Source: Euryarchaeota archaeon UBA229 (lineage in GTDB: Archaea; Thermoplasmatota; Poseidoniia; Poseidoniales; Poseidoniaceae). Taken from it: a DNA stretch of 45,829 nucleotides. Position 1 is the first letter of the stretch. Every line of letters begins with the position of its first letter. Positions 27,040-38,200 of the stretch are shown here, in pieces. The notes beneath the pieces were generated by a model, which was given only the letters and a program-made list of their open reading frames with translations, was not told where the DNA came from and searched no databases. A program made the translations under genes and the position numbers. The stretch spans positions 50,551-96,379 of the forward strand of contig DAUW01000076.1 of assembly GCA_002505355.1 (NCBI GenBank), written 5' to 3'.

Positions 27040-28407
27040 ATGAGTGGAAAAGAATACAGAACAATTACCGATGTAAAAGGCCCACTGGTCTTTTTGAATA
27101 AAACAGAACCCGTTGCTTTTGGCGAAATTGTAACTTTGAGGCTGGCTGATGGCTCGATTAAAAACGGCCAGGTACTGGACACCTCGGATGAATTAGTTAT
27201 CGTCCAAGTATTCGAAGGAACTGCTAACATCAATCGGGAGTCTGGTGTGACATTCATGGGGGACGTGTTCAAGCTTCCAGTGAGTACCGAACTGGTTGGT
27301 AGAATCCTTGACGGTGCAGGTCGACCAAGAGACGGCGGTCCTGCGATTGTTGCAGAAGAGAATGCGGATATTATTGGTGCGGCAATTAACCCTTACAGCA
27401 GGCAAAGCCCACACGATTTCATCCAGACCGGTATTTCAGCCATCGATTGCTGTACAACCCTAGTGCGTGGCCAGAAATTGCCAATTTTCTCAGCATCCGG
27501 TTTGCCGCACAATGACATTGCACTGCAAATAGCCCGTCAAGCCAAATTAAAAGACTCAGATGAAGAGTTTATTGTGGTATTTTGTGCTATGGGAATTACC
27601 GCAGAGGAATATAATTTCTTTAGGAGTGACTTAGAACGAACTGGTGCGCTTGAGAATGCGGTTTTGTTCGTTAATCTAGCAGATGACCCAGCAGTTGAGA
27701 GAATTATTACCCCGCGTTTAGCACTAACGGCTGCAGAATACCTAGCATTTGAGAAAGATTACCACGTGCTGGTTATTTACACAGATATGACAAATTATTG
27801 TGATGCATTAAGACAAATCGGTGCGGCTCGTGAAGAAGTTCCCGGGCGCCGTGGATACCCAGGTTACATGTACACAGACTTGGCTATGCTATACGAGCGT
27901 GCAGGTATTGTAAAAGGCAAAAAGGGTTCAATCACTCAATTCCCGATTCTAACAATGCCGGGTGACGATATAACCCACCCAATTCCAGACTTGTCTGGTT
28001 ATATTACCGAAGGCCAGATTGTTATTTCTAGAGAATTACATCAACAAGGAATATATCCTCCAATCAACGTATTGCCATCCCTGTCTAGACTGATGGGATC
28101 GTGTATTGGCGAAAAAACCACGAGAGAAGATCACAAGTCTGTCTCAGACCAAATGTATGCAGCATATGCTCAGGGAAGAGAATTACGAGGGTTAGTTGCG
28201 ATTGTTGGAGAGGATGCACTTAATGAGCGAGACAAGCAACTGCTCGACTTTTCTGGGGTCTTTGAAGATAAATTCCTAAGACAAACTAGAGATGAGGACA
28301 GATCGATCGAAGAAACTCTAGATCTATGTTGGAATCTGATGTCTTCGATTGACACCAAATATCTCGTTAGACTCGACCAAAAGTGGATTGAGAAGTACGG
28401 GAAGTAA
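27040..28407 (+). CDS. atpB: A-type ATP synthase subunit B
   Basis: Conserved blocks [31 protein letters not shown] and [30 protein letters not shown]. Confidence 0.97.
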   Translation: MSGKEYRTITDVKGPLVFLNKTEPVAFGEIVTLRLADGSIKNGQVLDTSDELVIVQVFEGTANINRESGVTFMGDVFKLPVSTELVGRILDGAGRPRDGGPAIVAEENADIIGAAINPYSRQSPHDFIQTGISAIDCCTTLVRGQKLPIFSASGLPHNDIALQIARQAKLKDSDEEFIVVFCAMGITAEEYNFFRSDLERTGALENAVLFVNLADDPAVERIITPRLALTAAEYLAFEKDYHVLVIYTDMTNYCDALRQIGAAREEVPGRRGYPGYMYTDLAMLYERAGIVKGKKGSITQFPILTMPGDDITHPIPDLSGYITEGQIVISRELHQQGIYPPINVLPSLSRLMGSCIGEKTTREDHKSVSDQMYAAYAQGRELRGLVAIVGEDALNERDKQLLDFSGVFEDKFLRQTRDEDRSIEETLDLCWNLMSSIDTKYLVRLDQKWIEKYGK

Positions 28408-28430
28408 GTAATTAACTAGGAGCGATATTC

Positions 28431-29048
28431 ATGGCATTGGACATTAAACCAACCCGCAGTGAATTGATTAAACTTAAAGCGCGGATAAAGCAGACAAAAA
28501 ATGGGTATAAGCTACTCAAAATGAAGAGAGACGGACTGTTCCATGAATTCAGACAACTACTATCCAAGATGATAGAAGCCAAACGTGAGCTTACTGATGC
28601 ATACCGGCTTGCTAAGCAAAGAATCGATCTAGCAAATGCGATTGATGGGGGTTTAGCTGTTAGAGCCGCAGCAATTGCCAATAGTGCCCACCCAGAAGTT
28701 GAAGTAGAAAAAAGGAATATTATGGGAGTCGTTGTTCCAAGCGTTAGCGGAACCAACCTCAAATCTACTTTTGAGGAACGCGGAGTTGGATACATTGGAT
28801 CATCACCATATATCGATGAAGCAAGTGACTCATTTAGTGAATTGATTGAGAAAATAGTGACCGCTTCAGAGATGGAAGCAACATTAAAACGTCTGTTAGA
28901 GGAAATTGAAGCAACTAAGCGCAGAGTCAATGCTCTAGAATTCAAAGTGATACCTGAATTAGAAGAAGCCAAAGTGTTTATTCAATTGAGATTAGAAGAG
29001 ATGGAGCGTGAAGAAACATTTAGATTGAAGAGATTCAAGAATAAATGA
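28431..29048 (+). CDS. atpD: A-type ATP synthase subunit D (central stalk)
   Basis: IKPTRSELIKLKARIKQTKNGYKLLKMKRDGL and the C-terminal ATKRRVNALE are typical of AtpD/V-type D. Confidence 0.9.
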   Translation: MALDIKPTRSELIKLKARIKQTKNGYKLLKMKRDGLFHEFRQLLSKMIEAKRELTDAYRLAKQRIDLANAIDGGLAVRAAAIANSAHPEVEVEKRNIMGVVVPSVSGTNLKSTFEERGVGYIGSSPYIDEASDSFSELIEKIVTASEMEATLKRLLEEIEATKRRVNALEFKVIPELEEAKVFIQLRLEEMEREETFRLKRFKNK

Positions 29049-29114
29049 GTTACAAACGCGCCAACGATGATTAAAGTAGGAAAGAACTACACCCGCCTAA
29101 TGTGAGGTGGTCAG

Positions 29115-31697
29115 TTGAGTGATAGCGATGGTGAATCAGTTGTAACTCCGAGTGAGCCGCTGAATCAATTGAAAGCCCAACGTGATGTATGGGGACAAAA
29201 GGAACTGCTCCAAAATATAGTCAGCCGTTACTTCATCGTAAACAGCGAACTAGGCGGAACCAAGTGGCCTGTTTGGCGAGTTGATGTACAAGAATCTAGT
29301 GATGTTCACAAATCCCTTGAAGACTTGAATAATCATCTCGAGAATCTCGGCTGGATGGGCAAACTCCAACCTGGCGAACCATGGCTAATACAAGTCTTAC
29401 CATGCCCGGAGCGACAGTTTCCCTCGATTAAAACGTCAGTCGGATTTTGGACATTTTCGTTGTTCACCGCAACTATTGCAGGGATGCTGTGGATTGAAGA
29501 TGCCAGACCAACCGCAGGATGGTTCACTGAGTCCTTATTTTTCGACGCAATGCTAGGCTATACTCTACCAATTTTTGCTACAATACTAATCGCCTCATAC
29601 CTGCAGAAAGCACATGCAGAAAAGCACGGGTTGCGAGTTGGTCAGTTAACTCCAATACCTGATCCATCAATTGCCTTATTCTCGATTGGATTGTTACCAA
29701 AGTCATTATTGATATGGCCATTTGGTATCCTGATTATTCCATCTCTCCCTAGAATGGATGCGAGGCCATGGAAGAACCGCGAAGTCCTAGGGTGGAGTGC
29801 CTTAATCGTCCCATCAGTTATGGTAATAGTTGGAATTAAATTGTGGATAATTGGCTTATTGTTAACTCCTGATTTAATTTCAATCACCTCTATGCAGTAT
29901 GTTGCAGATATGCCTTTAATCGTCAATCTACTAAGTCCGTTACTAACTGACGGAATAAGCAGCAAACTGGTTTGGGCCCACCCGTTATCAAAAGCAGGAT
30001 CTATGCTGTGTTTATTTGGTTGGGTCTCATTGCTGCCGATACCGACATTTCCCGGCGGCAGGTTGTTAATAGCAAGAACTAGTATGTCTGAAGCTAGAAA
30101 TTCCACCAACCAATTATTCCTGTTTGCCATCATTCTTGCATTTGCTTGGATGTTTGATGCCTTTGGTAATTTCAACATCTGGTTGCCGATTTTGGGGATC
30201 ATGTTTCCATTGTTATTACTACTTGGTGCAGATCGCAGAGTGCCGATAATCTTAGACGAGCCCAAGGCAGTCAATCCAGATAGTGTTAATCGAATGGGAA
30301 TAATACTGTTCGTGATATTCCTACTAGGTCTGCCTGGACAAACACCATACGCTATGGATGAAGATTGGAATGAAGACATAAACTACCGATTCGATGAGGT
30401 CGTTACGATAATTAGTGACAATCAGACTTGGAACGGCAGTCTTTACATTGAAATAATCAACACAGCATCGATTGTCCAAAGTTGGCAAATTCAACTTGCT
30501 AAAACCAATGATGTAGTGTCACCAAATTGGGATTTTACCTGGTTGTGTAGTGATGATGAGAGACAATCGGAAACCGAACTGGGCTGTGGCGATGAGATTC
30601 TACCACAGAAAGCATCCCGTGTCAGTCTCAACATAAGTTGGACATCTTTGCAATTTAGTCCTGTTGCCGAGCAAATTTACCTGATAACCTACATTGATGA
30701 AGAACCAATTGTCACCGCCATCTCCCTGCAGCCAGACTTACCACATTATGTCAACAACTCTTGGTACATGAATTATGACTCTGACGAAGTAATGCGTTGT
30801 GTTGAGGTATTTTCGGCCGCTAGCGAGTCTACATACAATCTATCCTTCCCCAACTCGGATTCAGATTTTGATTATCAAACACGAATGTACTGGGTAGACG
30901 GCTTCCAAGGTCTAGACGCAGAATTAACATCGGAAACCAATGAGATTTGTATCAAAGGTCAGGACCCGGTGATTCTATTGAGGTCATATGTGCTTAACGT
31001 GATACAGCTAGGAGAATACTTGTTTCAACCTAGTTTACCTAAATTGCCTCTGACATTGATATCACCGGAAAATGGTACTCTTGTTGATTCAACTGAGGTT
31101 AGGGGATGGGGTTCAGAATTATCCTTCAGCACAAGCAGTATACTATCTGTTTCACAGCAGGAGTGTCAACTCAATCCGGTAGTAAGCACGCCTACTAAGC
31201 CCAATAATGACTCTGAGCAGTGGGTCTGGAATACCAATTATCGAAGTAGTTCCCTGATCCCAACGATTCAAGATAACGACTCAATACTACTCATCCTTAG
31301 TGATTCAGATCAAGGTTCGGTTTGCACGCAGGATATGTATCCAATTCCGGAAACTGTTTTCTCTATAGAATATGGTCCTGAATTGATATTTGAGCGCAGT
31401 GGGATTTATCACCGTATGTGGACATCGCTCTGGGCATCGGCGGCTAACGGTGAACTTTCAGGGGATAATTTATCTCAATTTGTTATACACAATCCTAACA
31501 ATCACACCACGAGAGTAAACATTGTACAGACAACATACGGAGACAATGCTGATGAATGGACGGTTATCGAATCTACAAATCAGTTAGTCCTTGGAGCAAA
31601 TAATTTCCACTTCTCGCCACCGAGTAACCTTCTTGCGACGTTATATTTTGAGTTCGAAGACGGTGAAATATACATCTATTTAGGCAGTTATTCATGA
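29115..31697 (+). CDS. Site-2-protease (M50)-like polytopic membrane protein with degenerate catalytic motifs, fused to a ~450-aa sequon-rich extracytoplasmic domain
   Basis: SLLPIPTFPGGRLL aligns with the M50 NxxPxxxLDGG motif, but the N and D positions are substituted. The position expected for HExxH reads IASYLQKAHAEKHGLRV. Eight or more hydrophobic helices. The C-terminal half has many N-x-S/T sites. TTG start. Its stop overlaps the panE ATG (ATGA). Confidence 0.55.
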   Translation: MSDSDGESVVTPSEPLNQLKAQRDVWGQKELLQNIVSRYFIVNSELGGTKWPVWRVDVQESSDVHKSLEDLNNHLENLGWMGKLQPGEPWLIQVLPCPERQFPSIKTSVGFWTFSLFTATIAGMLWIEDARPTAGWFTESLFFDAMLGYTLPIFATILIASYLQKAHAEKHGLRVGQLTPIPDPSIALFSIGLLPKSLLIWPFGILIIPSLPRMDARPWKNREVLGWSALIVPSVMVIVGIKLWIIGLLLTPDLISITSMQYVADMPLIVNLLSPLLTDGISSKLVWAHPLSKAGSMLCLFGWVSLLPIPTFPGGRLLIARTSMSEARNSTNQLFLFAIILAFAWMFDAFGNFNIWLPILGIMFPLLLLLGADRRVPIILDEPKAVNPDSVNRMGIILFVIFLLGLPGQTPYAMDEDWNEDINYRFDEVVTIISDNQTWNGSLYIEIINTASIVQSWQIQLAKTNDVVSPNWDFTWLCSDDERQSETELGCGDEILPQKASRVSLNISWTSLQFSPVAEQIYLITYIDEEPIVTAISLQPDLPHYVNNSWYMNYDSDEVMRCVEVFSAASESTYNLSFPNSDSDFDYQTRMYWVDGFQGLDAELTSETNEICIKGQDPVILLRSYVLNVIQLGEYLFQPSLPKLPLTLISPENGTLVDSTEVRGWGSELSFSTSSILSVSQQECQLNPVVSTPTKPNNDSEQWVWNTNYRSSSLIPTIQDNDSILLILSDSDQGSVCTQDMYPIPETVFSIEYGPELIFERSGIYHRMWTSLWASAANGELSGDNLSQFVIHNPNNHTTRVNIVQTTYGDNADEWTVIESTNQLVLGANNFHFSPPSNLLATLYFEFEDGEIYIYLGSYS

Positions 31698-32641
31698 GTG
31701 ATAAAATGAAAATCGCAATACTTGGTGCTGGAAATATTGGAACACTCATTGGCGCTAAACTGAGTGTCACTGAGGGTGCTGAGGTGTTTCTCCACGGCAG
31801 GGGCGAACATGCAGCTGTAATGGCTGTTAATGGCATAACTATCGAAGGATTGGAGAACATATGGGTAAGTGAGGATAAGTTCCAACTTTCGATTGATGAT
31901 GTAGCAGTAAATTCAAGCTTTGACGGTCAAGCTGATGTGATATTTATTTGTTCTAAAGCATATGATGTGAAAGGATTGTTTGGACTCGCAAGACGTCTAT
32001 CTCATAAAGGTACTAAGATTTTAGTTTTGAGTAATGGTCTTGGTCACTTAGAATCAGCGGCTCATGAGTTTGGCTCACATCGAGTAATTCCAGCCACTAC
32101 AACCCATGGCGCATGGCGTAACGGCCCTGGCAAGGTCACATGGGCTGGTGCTGGAGCAGTAAATATTGGTCAAACCAAAAATAGCCCAGCTAGAGAACAA
32201 CTTACTGAACTGTTTGATACCTTGGAGCAGTCAGGTCTCAACCCAACATGGATTGATGATGGTGACAAATTGATCTGGTCAAAGGTTTTGCTCAACATAG
32301 CAATTAATCCAATTGCGTCAATAACTGGTAGGGTTAATGGTGATCTTTTGGAGGCTGAGATGTTTGAAACCTGTGGAGAGGTCATGCTAGAGGGTGCAAG
32401 AATTGCTCGATTAGAGGGAGTAAGTTTACCCGTCGACGATGAATTAATTACTGGTCTGAGACAAGTTCTGCAACAGACTAGCGCCAACAAATGTAGCATG
32501 CTTCAAGATGTGAGGAACGGGAAGACAACAGAAATAGCATTTCTAAATAGAATGATTGTCAACAAGGCAGAAAAATACGGTATATCGACCCCACTAAACC
32601 AATTACTCAGCAAGTTAGTTGAGGATCTTACCTCATACTAA
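31694..32641 (+). CDS. panE: 2-dehydropantoate 2-reductase (ketopantoate reductase, PanE/ApbA family)
   Basis: MKIAILGAGNIGTLIGAKL Rossmann motif, KVLLNIAINPIASITG, CSMLQDVRNGKTTEIAFLN. The ATG at 31706 (MKIAILGAG) is an alternative start. Confidence 0.8.
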   Translation: MSDKMKIAILGAGNIGTLIGAKLSVTEGAEVFLHGRGEHAAVMAVNGITIEGLENIWVSEDKFQLSIDDVAVNSSFDGQADVIFICSKAYDVKGLFGLARRLSHKGTKILVLSNGLGHLESAAHEFGSHRVIPATTTHGAWRNGPGKVTWAGAGAVNIGQTKNSPAREQLTELFDTLEQSGLNPTWIDDGDKLIWSKVLLNIAINPIASITGRVNGDLLEAEMFETCGEVMLEGARIARLEGVSLPVDDELITGLRQVLQQTSANKCSMLQDVRNGKTTEIAFLNRMIVNKAEKYGISTPLNQLLSKLVEDLTSY

Positions 32642-34252
32642 GTCTGTGTTATAGTGAAGGCCTCGATTCTCTGTCCTGTTTATGGCATCCTCGATGACTA
32701 GGTTAGCGACTAAAATGAGGTTTCTTAACTCGACAATATCTCTTGATGGTGTCGATGATTTCCAGATTATGTCAATTTCTTTATCCAAGAGTTTTATTCT
32801 TCGCAAGGCTCTGTTTAGTCTTAGGTTATTCCTTACAATGCCAACTTCACTAGACATGGTATCTTTTAGCATGGTAAGGTCATTGACGATTGGTGCGTGT
32901 TCATTCAATGCTGCCAATCCGTCTGCTCGCCACTGTGGCAACTGATGTGAAATACTATTCGGCGGGTTACTAACTATGTGATTTGCGGCCTTATCAGCAA
33001 ACACTACTGCCTCGAGTAAACTGTTTGAGGCTAAGCGATTTGCACCATGCATACCAGTGCATGCTACTTCTCCAATAGCATACAAATGGGGGATAATGCC
33101 ATCTTTCATGGCTGTTCTTGGTCTGCCATATTTATCCACATCCAAACCACCGACGATGTAATGTGCGGCAGGTGAGATAGGTAGGTCGTCGAGCCCAAGT
33201 GATAATCCATACTTGTCTAAATGGGCTTGAATGTTAGGGAATGAGGTCTGCAGCATTGCCTTATCTAAGTGTGAGGTTATGAGGTATGCTTGCTTGTTAC
33301 CCGTCTGTTTTAAGTTTTCATCAATCGCTCTAGCGACAATGTCTCGAGTTGCCATCGAGCCGAGGTCTGAAAATTTACGAGTAAAGGAATACTTTTCTGG
33401 GTTTGGTGGGGGTAGGTTGCTTGTAAGTCTCTGCTTACACTCTGCTCGCCAAGAGTTAATTCCTATTTCGTCCAGTATCACACCGCCTTCGCCTCTAAGT
33501 GCTTCAGTGATCAAAAATGGGCGCCCATCCTCAATTGACAATGCAGTAGGATGAAACTGAATAAAGGCCATGTCTTTGACTGCCGCACCACAACGAAAGG
33601 CCATCGCAATGCCGTCGCCAGTAGCCACACTTGGGTTGGTGGTCTTGGCCCAAAGTTGCCCCACTCCGCCAGTGGCAATTATCACTGCATCAGCGGCAAG
33701 AGTCACTACCTGTTTGGTGCTTTGATCATAACACCAAACACCACATACACCCTTACTAGGGTCACCATGCTCTCGTTGAATCAAATCTACCGCCAGAGTA
33801 TTTTTCATTAAAGTGATATTTTGGTGTTGCTTTGCTGAATCGCTGAGTGCTCGTTCAATCTCCCGCCCAGTCGCATCTTTGGCATGCAATATGCGACGCT
33901 CTGAATGGCCACCTTCCTTGGCAAGTTTGAAACCTCCTTCGTGGTCCCTTTCGAACTGAACACCTATGTTGACTAATTCATTGATACAATCAGCAGCATG
34001 CTCAATTACTTCGCGTACGACTGTCTCATCACACAAACCATCGCCGGATTGTAAGGTGTCGGCAATATGTGCTGACTTACCGTTAGAGTTGGTCTTGTCG
34101 AGTATTCCAGCAATACCACCCTGAGCCCAATTTGTTGATGAATCTTTGATTCTTTGCTTGGTGATAATGACTACCTCATGATTGCTGTTGGCCAACTTGA
34201 TAGCAGAGAATAAACCAGCGATGCCGCTGCCAATTATTGCAATTTTGGACAT
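32633..34252 (-). CDS. nadB: L-aspartate oxidase
   Basis: IAIIGSGIAGL FAD motif, TNWAQGGIAGIL, IQFHPTAL, ITEALRGEGG, GLYAIGE-like LYAIGEVACTGMHGANRLASNSLLE. Its 3' end overlaps panE by 9 nt (convergent). Confidence 0.92.
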   Translation of the reverse strand: MSKIAIIGSGIAGLFSAIKLANSNHEVVIITKQRIKDSSTNWAQGGIAGILDKTNSNGKSAHIADTLQSGDGLCDETVVREVIEHAADCINELVNIGVQFERDHEGGFKLAKEGGHSERRILHAKDATGREIERALSDSAKQHQNITLMKNTLAVDLIQREHGDPSKGVCGVWCYDQSTKQVVTLAADAVIIATGGVGQLWAKTTNPSVATGDGIAMAFRCGAAVKDMAFIQFHPTALSIEDGRPFLITEALRGEGGVILDEIGINSWRAECKQRLTSNLPPPNPEKYSFTRKFSDLGSMATRDIVARAIDENLKQTGNKQAYLITSHLDKAMLQTSFPNIQAHLDKYGLSLGLDDLPISPAAHYIVGGLDVDKYGRPRTAMKDGIIPHLYAIGEVACTGMHGANRLASNSLLEAVVFADKAANHIVSNPPNSISHQLPQWRADGLAALNEHAPIVNDLTMLKDTMSSEVGIVRNNLRLNRALRRIKLLDKEIDIIWKSSTPSRDIVELRNLILVANLVIEDAINRTENRGLHYNTDLV

Positions 34253-34257
34253 AGTGG

Positions 34258-35109
34258 ATGTATAATCCGAAATATGCTTCTCTTTTGAACTATTTGAGCG
34301 ACAGCACTATCAAACTTATTCCATGTGGTCAAGGCATGGCAGGCATACGTCGTAACCTTGCAACCATTATCGGTGGGTTAATGGCAATTTTCGTCATAGT
34401 CAATGTCCAGTTCGGAATGGTAGCACCGCAGTTAATCGATGGTGCAGGCAACTCTAAGATCGATTTACTGAAAATGCTTGAGCCACACTGTGCCATAGCT
34501 GAAATAGAAAACGAATTAGCCAAAGGCAATGACAGCTTTTGTCTTGGTGATTCAGGCAATTGGAATGGTGCTGACTTATTGCTTTTAGCCGAGGCAATGT
34601 TCTTGATATTTGTCGGGAGATTCAAATTTCCACAGCAAGGCAGGTGGGCTAAGAGATTCCGCAGAATGGCCTTTATTGGCGGAGTTACGCTGTTTGGTTT
34701 GGCGATAATGGATCGTTTGGAATTGTTGCCAACCTCAGTAAGTTCCGAGGGTATTGCAAGTTTAATGCCACTTGAGGTATCGCCACTCGCAGTTCAGTTG
34801 GGGATGGCCATTATTGGTGCTTACATGATGCGGGGTCCAAAATATTGGGACTCGGAAGCCGTTGATTTGACCAATAAAAGACTAGAGAAGCGGCGAGTTG
34901 TAGCTGATAAATTCCGGTCTAAATACGGAACGGTTGCGAAACCACTACCTCAACTGCATGGGAAACAGCAACGCGTCGCCCGCTCGGCATTGATGCATAG
35001 GGATTCCAAACTAACGATGCAAGGTAACTCGTCGGTAAAGGTTCACGCAACTTGCCCATATTGCGACGGAGCAGGCTGTGAAAAGTGTAATTTTACCGGT
35101 TCCATTTAG
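34258..35109 (+). CDS. Polytopic membrane protein with C-terminal DnaJ-type zinc-finger motif; function unknown
   Basis: About four hydrophobic helices. The extreme C-terminus is CPYCDGAGCEKCNFTG (two CxxCxGxG-like units). The ATG at 34336 (MAGIRRNLATIIGG...) is a more plausible start than 34258, which lies 5 nt from the divergent nadB start. Confidence 0.5.
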   Translation: MYNPKYASLLNYLSDSTIKLIPCGQGMAGIRRNLATIIGGLMAIFVIVNVQFGMVAPQLIDGAGNSKIDLLKMLEPHCAIAEIENELAKGNDSFCLGDSGNWNGADLLLLAEAMFLIFVGRFKFPQQGRWAKRFRRMAFIGGVTLFGLAIMDRLELLPTSVSSEGIASLMPLEVSPLAVQLGMAIIGAYMMRGPKYWDSEAVDLTNKRLEKRRVVADKFRSKYGTVAKPLPQLHGKQQRVARSALMHRDSKLTMQGNSSVKVHATCPYCDGAGCEKCNFTGSI

Positions 35110-35238
35110 AGTATTTCGGTGAAACTTCTGGCCCTACAAAAACGCAGTATTGAGTGCTCAAGACTAGTATACTTTATTACCTCTAGAGACCCGCTATAGA
35201 GATTAAGGTTGGATTTATTTTCCGCTTGAGGGATTGGG

Positions 35239-38200
35239 ATGTATCTAAAAGCACTTGAAGTTTCTAATTTTAAATCGTTTAGAGGTGATGTAACCATCCC
35301 TCTAGAGCGAGGCTTTACCGCAATAACAGGCCCGAACGGGTCTGGGAAGTCGAACTGTGGCGATGCAATTCAATTTGTTCTGGGGCCAAGATCAAACAAG
35401 ACAATCAGGGCGCAGAATTCGAAAGACTTGATCTTTAATGGTGGCAATAACCACAATGCTGCTCGCTCTTGTAACGTCACTCTTGTATTCGCCAATCCAA
35501 CATTAGACAATGGAAGAAGAAGGCTACCAATAAATATGGATGAAGTACGGATGTCCCGCTCAATTCGCTTAACAAAGAGTGGAAATGTGGTGACTAATTA
35601 TGAATTAAATGGAGAGGAATCTACCCAAAAATCATTTCACAGGATTCTAGGTGCTGCGAATGCTCGTCCTGACGGCTATAACATTGTTTTGCAGGGGGAT
35701 GTAACAAGTTTAGCTAAGATGACTGCTAAAGAGCGAAGAAAAGTTCTAGATAGCGTCGCTGGGGTTACTTTGTATGATGATGAGATAAGAAAAGCAGACC
35801 GACAAAAGGATAGTGTTGACGACTATATTGAAAGAATCAAATTATTAGAGGACAACCAAAAATCCCGTCTGAAGGAATTAAAGAAACAGAAAGACTTAGC
35901 GGTAAAAGTAAAGCACTTAGTTGAAGAATTAAGTGCGGCAAGGGTAATATCCTTCCAAGCAAGCTACGCCAGTCAACTAGCGGAAAAACAGTATCAAGTA
36001 AATGAACAAGCAAGATACCTTGAGGAAGCCAATAATCTTGATACACAAGTGCGCGAGGGTTCGAAAATTCTACTTTCACTCGATGATAAAATTGGCGAAC
36101 TTCAAAAGCAGATTGAGATGTTGACTGGCGGCAATAGTGAAGGCCTAAACAAGACTATATTCGATCTTCATCTTAAAATTGACACCAATAAGGACAAGAT
36201 AGCCGATGCAGAATCAAAGGACTTAGAGGATAAAGCAGAGCTAGAGGAGTTGACCAAGCATTTGGCTAGTGCGCAGATTGCACTGCAAGAATTCGTCGAC
36301 AATTTAGCATCTGCTAAGGCAGATTTAGCAGGTTCGAAAATATCTCTGCAAGAAGCCCAGTCAGAGGAATCTGCTGTACAAGAAATAATGGAGTCATCAG
36401 GCGATGAAACCTCAAAACTTTCGCAGCAATTAACCAAATTATTGGGCGAACTGGAATTGGCGACAGAAGCGCTAGCGGGGGCTCAAAACGAGGTCAATAA
36501 GACTGCAGTACAGGCAGAGGTAATTTCCGAACAATTAGCAAAGGCACAAGAGGTAGCAGAAGATAATCGCTTATCACTCGGGGAACTAGAATTACAGGGT
36601 GAAGAACTCACTGGAGAAGGTTCTGGAGTAGATCGAAGTAAGTTATCAAAGGACCTAATAAATGCCCAAAGAAGTGAGGAGAAACTTGTTGAGGAATCAC
36701 AACTGATTGAAGGCAAACTAAGAGAGGCTGAACGGTCAAGAGAACGCCTTCGGTCAGAAATGGAAAATTCGTCTGGTTCCAGAGGCATGGCTGGGGGGGC
36801 AGCAGCAGTAATTTCCGCCCGTGATAGTGGCGAGTTAACGGGAATAATAGGGACAATTGCTGAATTGTGTGCGCCTATTGATGCAAGTCATGAAAGTGCC
36901 TTAGCAACCGCAATAGGTGGAGGGATGACTTCTATAGTTGTGGAAAGTGATGAAATTGCCGCCAAAGCAATCAAGTGGCTCGCTGAGCGAAGGGCAGGGC
37001 GAGCTACTTTTCTTCCATTAAACAAGTTGACCAATAACCGAGCTGCTGGTAAGGCGTTGATGGTTTCCAAGAAGCCTGGGGTTGTTGGTTTTGCTCATGA
37101 GTTACTTGACTACGACCCAAAAATAGATATTGCGATAAAATTTGTTCTGCGGAACACGTTGATTGTAGATTCACTATCGACTGCGAGAAATTACATGGGC
37201 GGTGTTAGGCTAGTTACTTTGCGTGGTGATGTTACCGAAGCCGGTGGTGCCATGATTGGGGGCTCAAAGCGTAAGATGTCAGTATCTTTTGGTGGCGGAA
37301 TCAAAGGTGCTAGCGAAATCGAACGTCTATCTAACGAGATTGAAAAATTACAGTTAATGAGCGAGACAGTTAATGGGGCACTTCACCAAGCCAGACGTGA
37401 GCAACAACAATTGCGCACCCAAATTAATCAATTAACTGACAGTGACCAAGCAGTCAAGTTACAAGAATGGCGCTCTGAAATGAAGCAAGCAAAATCAACT
37501 TACCATAAATCACTGGGTGAGATTGCAGAATTGGAATCAAAATTAAACTTATTAGAGGACCTCGCAGCCCAACAAATAGATACACTGGATGAAAAACAAT
37601 CTCAAGTTGCTGACCTAAAAGTAAGTGTTGCATCTACGCGTGAAACTATGGAAGCAGCTAGTCCTGCACACCTAAAGGATAGGCTGCATGCTGCACAGAT
37701 GAAGCGTTTGGACGCAGAGGGAGTCATGGCCCAAGCCTTAGCATCTCTCGACAGTGGTAGTGAACATGAGAACCTTCTCCAAGAGAGAGTCAATGATCTA
37801 TCTTCTCGGATTACCGGACTAGACAATGGAATAATCGCTCGTAGCGAAATGATTGATAATCTGCAAGCAGCGATTGCAACCGACTCGATAGAATTGAAGG
37901 ACAGAGAAGAAGAAAGAACACAACTGCTTGAAGAAAATAAGGGCCTAGAGGACGAGAGAATAGCGCTAGTAGATGAACGAGCAAGTCTTAGAACAGAACT
38001 GACTCAGAAGTCAACTGACGCTCAATCAAGGCGTCGTCTAAGCGACGAATTGAGTCGTTCGATTATCAGCAAGGAGTTGGCTATCAATGATTTGTTATCA
38101 GACATGCAAAATAACAATATTGAGCCAGCAGAAACGGATGTCAATTTACCCTCAGTCGGTGATGCGGAGAAGCGCGTAAGGTCTCTAGAAAGAGCCATGG

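Noticed and set aside
28412-28972. 186-aa minus-strand ORF within atpD
   Set aside because: Antisense to the well-conserved AtpD. Serine- and leucine-rich with no motifs.
29049-29114. Checked the short intergenic spacers (also 9728..9783 and 20177..20260) for C/D-box sRNAs or other small RNAs
   Set aside because: No canonical C box (RUGAUGA) paired with a D box (CUGA) at the right spacing. The spacers are better explained as promoter and ribosome-binding regions. A TATA-like CTATAT at 20239-20244 upstream of atpH was too weak to list as a feature.
29642-30379. 245-aa minus-strand ORF within the S2P-like gene
   Set aside because: Antisense to the hydrophobic membrane domain. The sense ORF is 860 aa, continuous and has M50-like motifs.
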